A stretch of 24,000 bases of DNA from the NCBI GenBank assembly GCA_012034765.1, contig JAAUOU010000049.1:2274-26273 (forward strand). Direction: 5' to 3'. The position numbers were made by a program, and so were the translations under genes. Origin of the DNA: Hyellaceae cyanobacterium CSU_1_1. Lineage in GTDB: Bacteria > Cyanobacteriota > Cyanobacteriia > Cyanobacteriales > Xenococcaceae. The notes beneath the pieces are model-generated. The model saw only the letters and a program-made list of their open reading frames with translations, had not been told where the DNA came from and did not search any database. How positions within the stretch are numbered: position 1 is the first letter of the stretch; every line of letters begins with the position of its first letter. Below, in pieces: positions 10,191 through 19,485 of the stretch.

Positions 10191-11273
10191 ATGACTACGA
10201 CTATTGAGCGATCACAACCATCCGACTTATGGGAGCGTTTTTGTCGGTGGGTAACAAGTACGGAGAATCGACTATATATAGGTTGGTTTGGGATTTTGAT
10301 GCTCCCGTTACTAGGCGTTTCTATCTGCGTTTTTACGATCGCCTTTATTGCTGCGCCTCCCGTAGATATTGATGGTATTCGCGAACCTGTATCTGGTTCA
10401 TTGCTCTATGGCAATAATATTATTACCGCAGCCGTAGTACCTACATCCAACGCTGTCGGTTTGCACTTTTATCCCATTTGGGAAGCTGCCTCGGTAGATG
10501 AATGGCTATACAATGGTGGCCCCTATCAAATGATTGCTTTTCACTATATTCCTGCCCTTTGTTGCTATTTGGGTCGAGAATGGGAATTAAGCTATCGCTT
10601 GGGGATGCGTCCTTGGATTTGCGTGGCTTTTAGTGCGCCTTTGGCAGCGACTGTCTCTGTCTTTTTAATCTATCCCATCGGACAGGGAAGTTTTTCAGAC
10701 GGTTTACCTATGGGTATTAGCGGTACATTTAACTTTATGTTTGTCTTTCAAGCCGAGCATAATATTTTGATGCACCCATTCCATATGCTGGGGGTAGCTG
10801 GGGTGTTTGGAGGTTCATTCTTTGCAGCCATGCACGGTTCGTTGGTCACATCCTCTTTGATTAAAGAAACCAGTGATAGCGAGTCTCAAAACAATGGTTA
10901 CAAGTTCGGTCAAGAAGAAGAAACCTACAACATAGTTGCTGCCCACGGCTATTTCGGTCGCTTGATCTTTCAATACGCTAGCTTCCAAAACAGTCGCAAC
11001 TTACATTTTTTCTTAGCAGCATGGCCAGTGGTTTGTATCTGGTTTACCGCTTTGGGTATCTGCATTATGGCATTTAATCTCAACGGCTTTAACTTTAACC
11101 AGTCAATTTTAGACTCTCAGGGACGAGTACTACCTAGTTGGGCAGATGTGATCAACCGTGCCAGTTTGGGATTTGAAGTTATGCACGAGCGAAATGCTCA
11201 TAACTTTCCCTTGGATTTAGCCTGTGGGGAAGCTACGCCCATAGCACTAATAACACCAGTAATTCATAGTTAA
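10191..11273 (+). CDS. psbA3: Photosystem II D1 protein, far-red variant, 360 aa from ATG 10191 (ORF track start at TTG 10152)
   Basis: [37 protein letters not shown]...[19 protein letters not shown]...[12 protein letters not shown]...[17 protein letters not shown]; retains Mn4CaO5 ligand motifs and a C-terminal extension. Confidence 0.93.
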   Translation: MTTTIERSQPSDLWERFCRWVTSTENRLYIGWFGILMLPLLGVSICVFTIAFIAAPPVDIDGIREPVSGSLLYGNNIITAAVVPTSNAVGLHFYPIWEAASVDEWLYNGGPYQMIAFHYIPALCCYLGREWELSYRLGMRPWICVAFSAPLAATVSVFLIYPIGQGSFSDGLPMGISGTFNFMFVFQAEHNILMHPFHMLGVAGVFGGSFFAAMHGSLVTSSLIKETSDSESQNNGYKFGQEEETYNIVAAHGYFGRLIFQYASFQNSRNLHFFLAAWPVVCIWFTALGICIMAFNLNGFNFNQSILDSQGRVLPSWADVINRASLGFEVMHERNAHNFPLDLACGEATPIALITPVIHS

Positions 11274-11282
11274 TTACAATCT

Positions 11283-11362
11283 ACTATCTTTTTGTTTTTG
11301 GCCTCGGAAACCGCAGCGATAGATAGTTTACAACCCTTTTAGTCAGGAGCTACAGGTACATG
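11283..11362 (+). promoter_or_regulatory. Conserved structured leader element, copy 3 (immediately upstream of chlF)
   Basis: ACTATCT (11283-11289) pairs with AGATAGT (11321-11327) around TTTTTGGCCTCGGAAACCGCAGCG; followed by ACAACCCTTTTAGTCAGGAGCTACAGGTACATG. Confidence 0.72.
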
Positions 11363-12502
11363 ATACAGCGTGATTACGACGTTAGCCACAAGCATTCCAT
11401 ACCTAAATTTTCGACAGAATTAGATGCTAATCTCAATCTAGAAAAATCAGAAAATATTAGCTTGTGGGAAAAGTTTTGTCGGTGGGTAACAAGTACTAAC
11501 AACCGCATCTATATTGGCTGGTTTGGAGTGTTAATGATTCCGACAATGTTAACTGCCAGTATTGTTTTTATCATTGCGATCGTGGCTGCACCTCCTGTAG
11601 ATATGCAGGGATTAGGAGCGCCTATTTCTGGCTCTTTATTAAATGGTAATAATCTTATTTCCGCAGCAGTTATTCCTACCTCGGCAGCGATTGGATTGCA
11701 CTTTTACCCGATTTGGTCGGCTGGTTCAATTGATGAGTGGCTGTACAACGGAGGTCCTTATCAGCTAATAGTTCTACACTTTTTAATTGGTATTATCGCC
11801 TATCAAGATCGAGAGTGGGAATTAAGCTACCGTTTGGGAATGCGTCCTTGGATTTCTCTGGCTTTTACTGCACCTGTGGCTGCTGCTGTCTCGGTATTTA
11901 TTATTTATCCCCTCGGACAAGGCGGTTTTTCCGAAGGAATGCCTCTGGGAATTTCTGGGACATTTTACTTTATGTTCCGCTTTCAGGCAGATCACAATAT
12001 TTTGATGAGTCCGTTCCATCAGTTAGGGGTAATTGGAGTTTTAGGTGGTGCATTACTTTGTGCAATGCATGGCTCAATTGTTACTTCTTCTGTGATTAAT
12101 AAGACAAATAAATATGAATCAATTAATCTGGACTACAAACTGGGTCAAAAAAAGCCAACCTATAGCTTTTCTAAGTCGCAAAACTATCAAAGAAGTCTGT
12201 GGGGATTCAGTTTTCCCAGTTCGCGATCGCTCCACTTTTTCTTAGCTGCTTTTCCCGTAGCGGGGATTTGGTCGGCAGCGATCGGCATTGACATTGCGGC
12301 TTTCGACTTTGAAGGATTTAATTTTCAACAGCCTACTATTGTCAATCAAGGAAAAATCATTCCTACCTGGATGGACGCTATTTTAGATGCCAATTTGGGT
12401 TTGTCGGAGACTACCAGGCAACCTAATACATTATCTGTTTTTCCTGACTGGCAAATTGATTCAGAACAAGAAATCGACAATTTTCCTGGTTATCTAGACT
12501 AG
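11360..12502 (+). CDS. chlF: Chlorophyll f synthase (super-rogue PsbA / PsbA4), 380 aa
   Basis: D1-like, but [14 protein letters not shown] carries the QD pair where D1 has LG/MG; GQGGFSEG has Glu at the D170 position; the C-terminal ligands ([13 protein letters not shown]) are replaced by [16 protein letters not shown].... Confidence 0.94.
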   Translation: MIQRDYDVSHKHSIPKFSTELDANLNLEKSENISLWEKFCRWVTSTNNRIYIGWFGVLMIPTMLTASIVFIIAIVAAPPVDMQGLGAPISGSLLNGNNLISAAVIPTSAAIGLHFYPIWSAGSIDEWLYNGGPYQLIVLHFLIGIIAYQDREWELSYRLGMRPWISLAFTAPVAAAVSVFIIYPLGQGGFSEGMPLGISGTFYFMFRFQADHNILMSPFHQLGVIGVLGGALLCAMHGSIVTSSVINKTNKYESINLDYKLGQKKPTYSFSKSQNYQRSLWGFSFPSSRSLHFFLAAFPVAGIWSAAIGIDIAAFDFEGFNFQQPTIVNQGKIIPTWMDAILDANLGLSETTRQPNTLSVFPDWQIDSEQEIDNFPGYLD

Positions 12503-12590
12503 GGGCAAATGGCTGTTTGTCTCTACAAATAAACAATATGCGAAGCGGTATACCACAAGGGTACAACGTCCTTTAGGATCAACAAAAAAT

Positions 12591-14006
12591 ATGGAAACAC
12601 CTTTTACCGATTTAACTATAAATATCACCGCTACGGCGGGGGATGATATTAATCCAGGACGAGAAGGCAGAGATCAAGCTTCGACTGGATACGCTTGGTG
12701 GGCAGGAAATGCTCGTTTTATCAACCTTTCTGGCAGATTTCTCGGGGCGCACGTTGCCCATGCTGGATTGATTGCCTTTTGGGCAGGAGCAATGCTGCTT
12801 TATGAAGTAGCGCACTATGATCCAGATCTGCCGATGTTTAGACAGGGATGCCTGTTGATGCCTCACATTGCTACATTGGGTTTTGGAGTTGGTCATGGTG
12901 GAGAGGTCATCAGTCTATTTCCCTTTATGGCGATCGCTGTTTTGCATCTGATTGGTTCGGCTGTTTTAGGCATGGGAGGACTTTATCATTCTCTCCGTGG
13001 GCCCAGCAAACTAGCTGGCTTTTATGATTTTGACTGGTCTGATAAGGACAAGATTACTGACATCTTAGGATATAACCTCATTGCTTTAGGCATCGGTGCA
13101 TTACTCTTGGTCTGTAAAGCCATGTTTTGGGGTGGTATTTACGACACCTGGCTACCTGGAGGCGGAGATGTACGTCTGGTAACAAATCCGACTCTCGATC
13201 CTAGAGTTATTTTTGGTTACTTTTTCAGTAGCCCTCTTGGGGGTAGTGGTTGGCTTGTAGGGGTTAATAACCTTGAAGATATTATTGGCGGTCATATCTG
13301 GATGGGGGGAATCTTAATTGCTGGTGGTATCTGGCATATTTTGACCGTTCCCTTTAAATGGACTGATAAAGTTTTTATTTGGTCGGGAGAAGCCTATCTG
13401 GCTCAAAGCTTGGGCAATATAGCAGGACAGGGATTTATTGCTGCTATGTTTATCTGGTTTAACAATACTGCTTATCCCAGTGAATTTTATGGCCCTACTG
13501 TTGCCGAATCTTCCCAAGCGCAATCATTAGTATTTCTGATTAGAGACCAAGATTTAGGCGCAAATATTGGTTCGACACAAGGGCCTGTGGGTTTGGGTAA
13601 ATACTTAATGCGATCGCCTACAGGAGAGATTATCTTTGGTGGAGAAACCATGCGCTTCTGGGATTTTCGCGGTCCTTGGCTAGAGCCTTTACGGGGAGAT
13701 CACGGTTTAGACCTGGATAAGCTGCGTAACGATGTTCAACCCTGGCAAGTACGACGGGCAGCGGACTATATGGTGCAAGCACCGATGGGGTCAATTAACT
13801 CTGTAGCAGGTTTAGCCACTGAAATAAACGGCTTTAACTTTTTATCCATACGTACCTGGATGACTGGTTCGCATATTATTCTCGCTTTCTTTTTCTTAGT
13901 CGGTCATTGGTGGCACGCAGGGAGAGCAAGAGCGCAAGCTGCTGGCTTTGAGAGAGGACTCGATCGGGATGATGAACCCGTTTTATCGATGGGAGATATT
14001 GATTGA
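12591..14006 (+). CDS. psbC2: Photosystem II CP43, far-red paralog, 471 aa
   Basis: [38 protein letters not shown]...[33 protein letters not shown]...[33 protein letters not shown]. Confidence 0.94.
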   Translation: METPFTDLTINITATAGDDINPGREGRDQASTGYAWWAGNARFINLSGRFLGAHVAHAGLIAFWAGAMLLYEVAHYDPDLPMFRQGCLLMPHIATLGFGVGHGGEVISLFPFMAIAVLHLIGSAVLGMGGLYHSLRGPSKLAGFYDFDWSDKDKITDILGYNLIALGIGALLLVCKAMFWGGIYDTWLPGGGDVRLVTNPTLDPRVIFGYFFSSPLGGSGWLVGVNNLEDIIGGHIWMGGILIAGGIWHILTVPFKWTDKVFIWSGEAYLAQSLGNIAGQGFIAAMFIWFNNTAYPSEFYGPTVAESSQAQSLVFLIRDQDLGANIGSTQGPVGLGKYLMRSPTGEIIFGGETMRFWDFRGPWLEPLRGDHGLDLDKLRNDVQPWQVRRAADYMVQAPMGSINSVAGLATEINGFNFLSIRTWMTGSHIILAFFFLVGHWWHAGRARAQAAGFERGLDRDDEPVLSMGDID

Positions 14007-14040
14007 AAAGCTTTTAGCTCTTAGCTTTTAGCTCATTGTG

Positions 14041-14107
14041 TAGGTTGGGTTAGCGATACAACCACTAAAACACCTAAAAATGTCTAGATAGAGAGCGTAA
14101 CCCAACG
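14041..14107. repeat. Interspersed inverted repeat of the GTTGGGTTAGCG/GCGTAACCCAAC type, psbC2-small ORF spacer
   Basis: taggttgggttagcgata ... gagagcgtaacccaacgc; arms near-complementary with one mismatch. Confidence 0.6.
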
Positions 14108-14160
14108 CAATTAACAATTGAACTCAATTAAATAAATAACAAGAATTTAGGAGCAAGAAA

Positions 14161-14283
14161 ATGCAGAATTTTCAGAGAGTTTTTAATAGCGTACAAATTA
14201 TGTCCATCGTAACTTTGACTATGGCGATGGCAACCTTAATGTTTATCAGCTTTTTCTTCACAATTATCCCTAGTGGAATCTAG
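14161..14283 (+). CDS. Small single-TM protein, 40 aa, unassigned
   Basis: SD-like AGGAGC upstream; MQNFQRVFNSVQIMSIVTLTMAMATLMFISFFFTIIPSGI*; lies between psbC2 and psbD3. Confidence 0.6.
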   Translation: MQNFQRVFNSVQIMSIVTLTMAMATLMFISFFFTIIPSGI

Positions 14284-14361
14284 CCATTAGATTAGGACAT
14301 TTTCTTTCCCCTTTTCCCTAAACTCAATTTTTGAATATCGTATTTCAACAGGATATTTAGT

Positions 14362-15420
14362 ATGACTATTGCAATCGATTTTCCACAATCAAATATCGGC
14401 TGGTTCAAACAAATTGATGACTGGTTAAAACGCGATCGCTTTGTGTTTATTGGCTGGTCGGGACTGCTACTCTTTCCCTGTGCTTATTTATCAATTGGCG
14501 CATGGTTTACGGGAACTACTTTTGTTAGTGCTTGGTACACTCATGGATTAGTTAGTTCTTATATCGAAGGCTGCAATGTTTTAACGACTGCGGTGTCTAC
14601 TCCTGCCGATAGTATGGGTCATTCTCTCTTATTTCTCTGGGGGCCCGAAGCCAACTGGAATTTTACGCGCTGGTGTCAAATTGGCGGTTTATGGAATTTT
14701 ACGGCTTTTCATGGAGTAATTGGGCTAATTGGCTTTATGCTGAGGCAGATTGAGATTGCCAGACTTATAGGGATACGCCCTTATAATGCGATCGCTTTTT
14801 CTGCACCCATCGCTGTATTTGTCTCCGTCTTTTTGGTCTATCCTTTGGGACAATCAAGCTGGTTCTTTGCTCCCAGTCTGGGAATAGGCGGAATATTTCG
14901 TTTTGTTTTGTTCTTTCAAGGTTTTCACAACTATACTCTCAATCCCTTTCATATGATGGGAGTAGCAGGAGTTCTAGGTGGGGCTTTGCTCTGTGCCATT
15001 CACGGGGCAACGGTACAGAATACCTTGTTTAAAGATGCCCAGGCTTTTAATACCTTTGGTGCATTTAGTCCCACCCAAGCCGAAGAAACCTACTCGATGG
15101 TGACTGCTAATCGCTTTTGGTCACAGATTTTTGGGGTTGCTTTCTCTAACAAACGCTGGCTACATTTCTTTATGCTGTTTGTGCCTGTCACAGGCTTATG
15201 GATGAGTGCGATCGGTATGGTGAGCTTGGCTTTCAACCTGCGAGCCTATGACTTTATTTCTCAAGAATTACGGGCAGCAGAAGACCCTAGTTTTGAGACT
15301 TTTTACACCAAGAATATTCTGCTTAACGAAGGTTTACGGGCTTGGATGGCACCCCAAGATCAAATCCACGAAGGTTTCCAGTTTCCTGATGAGGTATTGC
15401 CACGGGGTAATGCACAGTAA
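14362..15420 (+). CDS. psbD3: Photosystem II D2 protein, far-red paralog, 352 aa
   Basis: [38 protein letters not shown]...[31 protein letters not shown]...[29 protein letters not shown]. Confidence 0.95.
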   Translation: MTIAIDFPQSNIGWFKQIDDWLKRDRFVFIGWSGLLLFPCAYLSIGAWFTGTTFVSAWYTHGLVSSYIEGCNVLTTAVSTPADSMGHSLLFLWGPEANWNFTRWCQIGGLWNFTAFHGVIGLIGFMLRQIEIARLIGIRPYNAIAFSAPIAVFVSVFLVYPLGQSSWFFAPSLGIGGIFRFVLFFQGFHNYTLNPFHMMGVAGVLGGALLCAIHGATVQNTLFKDAQAFNTFGAFSPTQAEETYSMVTANRFWSQIFGVAFSNKRWLHFFMLFVPVTGLWMSAIGMVSLAFNLRAYDFISQELRAAEDPSFETFYTKNILLNEGLRAWMAPQDQIHEGFQFPDEVLPRGNAQ

Positions 15421-15545
15421 TGGAGAACGTTTTTGAAGGTGCGATCATTGTGCTGATCGGACTAGGGATATCTTTTCTAGCTTTCGTCGTAATTTTTTCA
15501 GCAGTATTAGTTCTTGCCACTATTCCCAAACGCGATCGCGATTAG
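15420..15545 (+). CDS. Small single-TM protein, 41 aa, translationally coupled to psbD3, unassigned
   Basis: ATG at 15420 overlaps the psbD3 TAA by 1 nt; [41 protein letters not shown]. Confidence 0.6.
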   Translation: MENVFEGAIIVLIGLGISFLAFVVIFSAVLVLATIPKRDRD

Positions 15546-15606
15546 CCGAAGGCTACACTACGCAATATTCAATAATTCACTCTTGTAATTAATTGGAGCA
15601 TGGAAA

Positions 15607-15822
15607 ATGTCTAATTTATTCAAATATAAAATTCCTCTTGATGCAGACTCTACCAGACAAGAGCAGAACAAGAATGAGGCAACTTACCCTTACGCAATAC
15701 CCTATCTTGCTTTTCTCCTAGTTTGCACCATTACCACAACCATCTTTTCAGCCATAGTAATTGTTTTAGATTACTGCTTTCCTGGTTCTCTAGATGGTAC
15801 CTATCTCAAGCTTTTTTTCTAA
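15607..15822 (+). CDS. Small membrane protein, 71 aa, unassigned
   Basis: SD-like GGAGCATGGAAA; MSNLFKYKIPLDADSTRQEQNKNEATYPYAIPYLAFLLVCTITTTIFSAIVIVLDYCFPGSLDGTYLKLFF; one predicted TM segment; between psbD3 and psbB2. Confidence 0.6.
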   Translation: MSNLFKYKIPLDADSTRQEQNKNEATYPYAIPYLAFLLVCTITTTIFSAIVIVLDYCFPGSLDGTYLKLFF

Positions 15823-15859
15823 TGCTCGCTTTTTGACAACTAACTATAGGAGATAACCA

Positions 15860-17409
15860 ATGGGTTTACCTTGGTATCGCGTCCATACAGTAGTGTTAAA
15901 CGACCCAGGACGATTGATAGCCGTTCATTTAATGCACAATGCACTGTGTGCGGGCTTTGCTGGTTCGATGCTGTTGTTTGAACTAGCTTTATACGACCCT
16001 AGTGATGCTGTTCTTAATCCGATGTGGCGACAGGGCTGTTTCTTAATGCCGTTTGTAGCTCGTTTGGGAGTAACCAATTCCTGGCAGGGTTGGAGTATCA
16101 CGGGTGAAACCCTTAGCGATCCTGGTTTTTGGACTTTTGAAACTGTGGCGATCGCTCACATTATTTTATCAGGGCTATCGTTTTTAGCCGCCTGTTGGCA
16201 TTGGGTTAACTGGGATTTGGTGACTTTCTTTGACGAAGAAGGTCAACCTACCTTAGATTTACCCAAAATATTTGGCATACATCTTTTACTCGCTGGTTTA
16301 CTCTGCTTTGGTTTTGGTGCTTTTCATCTCACGGGCATTTTTGGGCCAGGGATGTGGGTGTCAGACCCATATGGATTAACAGGACATATGCAAAATGTTG
16401 CTCCCGTCTGGGATGCAGCGGGTTTCGATCCTGATAATCCTGGGGGAGTAGTGGCACACCATATTGCCGCTGGCATTGTCGGTATTATCGGCGGACTATT
16501 TCATATCGTGGTGCGTCCTTCAGAGGAACTATATAAACTACTGAGGATGGGTAACATCGAGGGGGCATTAGCTAGTGGTTTGGCAGTCTTCTTTTTTGCA
16601 GGTGCGATCGCTAGTGGTTCAATGTGGTACGGAACGGCAACAACTCCTGTAGAACTATGGGGGCCAACTCGTTTTCAATGGGATAAGGGCTACTATCAAC
16701 AGGAAATCTCCCGCAGAGTAGAAAATAACTTGGTAGCAGGGGATAGTTTATCTCAGGCTTGGTCAAGTATCCCAGAAAAATTACTGTTCTATGACTACAT
16801 CGGTAACAATCCCTCTAAGGGTGGTTTATTCCGCTATGGTCGCATGGTTGATGGCGATGGTTTACCTCTGGCTTGGCTTGGTCATCCGATTTTCCAAGAC
16901 GATGCAGGAAGAGAGTTAACAGTTAGGCGCATGACTAGCTTTTTTGAAACTTTTCCCACTGTCTTAACTGACGAAAATAACATCGTTCGTGCTGATATTC
17001 CCTTCCGTAGAGTCGAAGCAAAAAATAGCTTTGAGCAAACAGGAGTTACTGTTAGTTTCTACGGCGGACTGTTAGACGGTCAAACTTTTACTGACCCTGT
17101 AAAAGTCAAAAATATGCTCGTCAAGCAGTATTAGGAGAAGCCTTTGAATTTGATACGCAAACCTATAATTCCGATGGCGTATTCCGCACTAGTAATCGAG
17201 GTTTCTTTGCCTATTTCCACGCCTGCTTTGCTTTACTCTGGTTTTTCGGTCATATCTGGCATGGCACGCGAGCCTTATTCAGCGATGTCTTTGCTGGTAT
17301 CAATATCGAACTAGAAGAACAAGTCGAGTTTGGCGTTTGGGCAAAAGTTGGCGATGTTACCAGTCGTAAAAAGCCAGAAGCTTTAGCAATTGAAAGTCAA
17401 TCCAAGTAA
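15860..17409 (+). CDS. psbB2: Photosystem II CP47, far-red paralog, with a -1 frameshift in the A-run 17108-17112
   Basis: [37 protein letters not shown]... in frame to 17134. Adding one A restores [83 protein letters not shown]... to the TAA at 17407-17409. Confidence 0.93.
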
Positions 17410-17417
17410 TCAGATAG

Positions 17418-17437
17418 GGGCGAACGGCCGTTCGCCC
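17418..17437. repeat. Short interspersed hairpin, copy 2 (psbB2-psbH2 spacer)
   Basis: gggcgaacggccgttcgccc, perfect palindrome, preceded by ata. Confidence 0.75.
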
Positions 17438-17452
17438 GTACAGTAATCAATA

Positions 17453-17641
17453 ATGACACCATCAAAATATGCCTCGAAAAAAACTGCCCCTCTCCAGTAT
17501 TTCTTTAAATCGATTAACTCCGAAGCAGGAAAAGTTACTCGCGGTTGGGGAACTACGCCACTAATGTTAGGAATCATACTTTTATTTGGTTTATTCCTGC
17601 TCATTATTGCTCAGATTGTTAATTCCTCAATTCTGCTTTAG
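17453..17641 (+). CDS. psbH2: Photosystem II PsbH, far-red paralog, 62 aa
   Basis: [47 protein letters not shown] matches the PsbH signature (GWGTTPLM...QIxNSS). Confidence 0.9.
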   Translation: MTPSKYASKKTAPLQYFFKSINSEAGKVTRGWGTTPLMLGIILLFGLFLLIIAQIVNSSILL

Positions 17642-17813
17642 CAATCCTAAATGAAATGAGAAATTTCTACTACCTACTACTTAAAACCAATCAATGTAGT
17701 TTCATGAATCAAATAGGACTGCTATTCAGAGGATGGACATAGCTAATAGCTATTAGTCTTTTTACAGCGAATTTCAAACACAAAACAAATTAATACTAAT
17801 TAGGAGAAAACTC

Positions 17814-18290
17814 ATGAGTATGGTTGCTGAATTAATTCTCAATGCCGATAGTGAAGCTCGTTATCTTGGCCCGAAAGAGATACATATCTTTCAGGATTTT
17901 CTTAGCAGTGGAGAACAAAGAATGAGAATCGCCAGATTCTTAGCGGAAAACGAATCAAGAATTGTGCAAAATGGTACGAACAAATTTTGGGAACGTTGTC
18001 CTGTTACTCCCAGCAATAGTGGTGTTGAGCGCAAGACTAATTCCTGCATGCGAGATCAGGGTTGGTATGTTCGCCTAATTGCCTATTCAGTTATGGCAGG
18101 CAGCGAAAAACCCCTAGAAGAAATTGGCACTATTGGTATCAAGGAAATGTATAACTCTTTGGAAATACCAATCCGCAACATCGCTGAATGTATGCAGTGC
18201 CTCAAGGAAGAAGCTGTCTCGATGATGAATGAAGAAGATGCTGGGGAGGTTGCACCCTATTTTGATTTCATTATTCAATCCCTTTCTTGA
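17814..18290 (+). CDS. Allophycocyanin alpha-type subunit (ApcD-like, far-red), 158 aa
   Basis: MSMVAELILNADSEARYLGPKEIHIFQDF...VTPSNSGVERKTNSCMRDQGWYVRLIAYSVMAGS...; bilin Cys in SCMRDQGWY. Confidence 0.88.
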   Translation: MSMVAELILNADSEARYLGPKEIHIFQDFLSSGEQRMRIARFLAENESRIVQNGTNKFWERCPVTPSNSGVERKTNSCMRDQGWYVRLIAYSVMAGSEKPLEEIGTIGIKEMYNSLEIPIRNIAECMQCLKEEAVSMMNEEDAGEVAPYFDFIIQSLS

Positions 18291-18299
18291 TCGTTGTAT

Positions 18300-18328
18300 G
18301 TAGGGACTTATCGCACCGCAGCCCCTAC
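18300..18328. repeat. Short interspersed hairpin variant (apcD-like/apcB2 spacer)
   Basis: gtaggg (18300-18305) ... cccctac (18322-18328). Confidence 0.5.
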
Positions 18329-18363
18329 CAGAAACAAATAACAAATAACCAGGAAATAAAATC

Positions 18364-18849
18364 ATGCAAGACCTTATTACTTCTACCATCAATACTTTCG
18401 ATGTTCGCGCTCAATATCCCGATAGTGATGCGATGAATAGGTTAGAAAACTATTTCAAAAGTGGGGATTTACGAGCTAAAGCTTCTCTGGCTATAAGTGC
18501 TAATGCCAAATCTATTATTACTAAAGCAGTAGCTAAATCTTTGATGTATACCGACATCACTGCACCTGGAGGCAATATGTATACTTGCCGTCGTTATGCA
18601 GCCTGTATTCGTGATCTGGAATACTTTCTACGCTATGCCACCTATGCAATGTTGGCTGGCGATCCTTCGATTCTTGAAGAACGTGTTCTTAACGGTTTAC
18701 GAGAAACCTATAACTCTTTAGGAGTTCCCATCGGCGGTACAGTCAGAGCCGTTCAAGCCATGAAAGAAGTTACTGCTGACCTAGTAGGAACTGAGGCTGG
18801 GAAGGAAATGGGTGTGTATTTTGACTACATCTGTTCGGGATTGAGTTAG
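18364..18849 (+). CDS. apcB2: Allophycocyanin beta subunit, far-red paralog, 161 aa
   Basis: [34 protein letters not shown]...[50 protein letters not shown]. Confidence 0.9.
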   Translation: MQDLITSTINTFDVRAQYPDSDAMNRLENYFKSGDLRAKASLAISANAKSIITKAVAKSLMYTDITAPGGNMYTCRRYAACIRDLEYFLRYATYAMLAGDPSILEERVLNGLRETYNSLGVPIGGTVRAVQAMKEVTADLVGTEAGKEMGVYFDYICSGLS

Positions 18850-18855
18850 CAGCTT

Positions 18856-18922
18856 GTAGGGGTAAACAGCGAACAGGACGAACAGCGACGCGAAGCTAAT
18901 CCTTTAGGGCGTTCGCCCCTAC
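18856..18922. repeat. Interspersed hairpin, long variant, copy 3
   Basis: gtaggggtaaacagcgaac ... gggcgttcgcccctac; outer arms gtagggg / cccctac. Confidence 0.6.
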
Positions 18923-18950
18923 TTCACTATCAGTTGAGAAAAATTTAATC

Positions 18951-19427
18951 ATGAGTATTATTACTAGTTCTATTAAGAGTGCAGATCGTGAAGCACGCTA
19001 TCTAAGTCTAGGAGAGTTAAAAGCGATCGCCAATTTCTATCAAGGTGGACAAGATCGACTACGCTTGGCGCAAATTTTAGTTGCAAATGAAACTGAGATC
19101 GTCAATAAAGGCAGTCAGAGATTTTGGCAGCGATATCCTAATACTCCTAGCAATACTGGCAATCCTACCTTTAGGGCTTCTTGTATGCGAGATCAAGGTT
19201 GGTATTTGCGATTAATTACCTATGCGATCGTGTTAGGTGATACAGAACCAATTGAACAAACTGGCATTAAAGGAACAAAAGAAATGTATGAGTCTCTAGA
19301 AATTCCTCTTAAGAACCTGGCTGAATGTATGCGTTGTCTGAAAGAAGTAACCACAGAAATGTTCAGCCTCAAGGATGCTGCTGCGATCGCACCTTATTTT
19401 GACTATATCATTCAAGGATTTCTGTAG
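18951..19427 (+). CDS. Allophycocyanin alpha-type subunit (ApcD-like, far-red), 158 aa
   Basis: MSIITSSIKSADREARYLSLGELKAIANFYQGG...NTPSNTGNPTFRASCMRDQGWYLRLITYAIVLGDTEPIE...; bilin Cys present. Confidence 0.88.
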   Translation: MSIITSSIKSADREARYLSLGELKAIANFYQGGQDRLRLAQILVANETEIVNKGSQRFWQRYPNTPSNTGNPTFRASCMRDQGWYLRLITYAIVLGDTEPIEQTGIKGTKEMYESLEIPLKNLAECMRCLKEVTTEMFSLKDAAAIAPYFDYIIQGFL

Positions 19428-19447
19428 GGGCGAACAACAGTTCGCCC
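19424..19447. repeat. Short interspersed hairpin, copy 4, overlapping the apcD-like stop codon
   Basis: gtaggggcgaac aaca gttcgccc; the TAG stop (19425-19427) is part of the repeat. Confidence 0.75.
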
Positions 19448-19485
19448 TCAAAGACATAAAAAATTAACAATAAAAAGTTAAACAT

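Noticed and set aside
11737-12099. 120-aa plus-strand ORF inside chlF
   Set aside because: Alternate frame of a convincingly coding D1-family gene; composition is a shadow of chlF.
15248-15436. 62-aa plus ORF at the psbD3 3' end
   Set aside because: Overlaps psbD3 in another frame and conflicts with the better-supported coupled 41-aa ORF starting at 15420.
17410-17604. 64-aa minus ORF opposite psbH2
   Set aside because: Antisense to a clear PsbH; no independent support.
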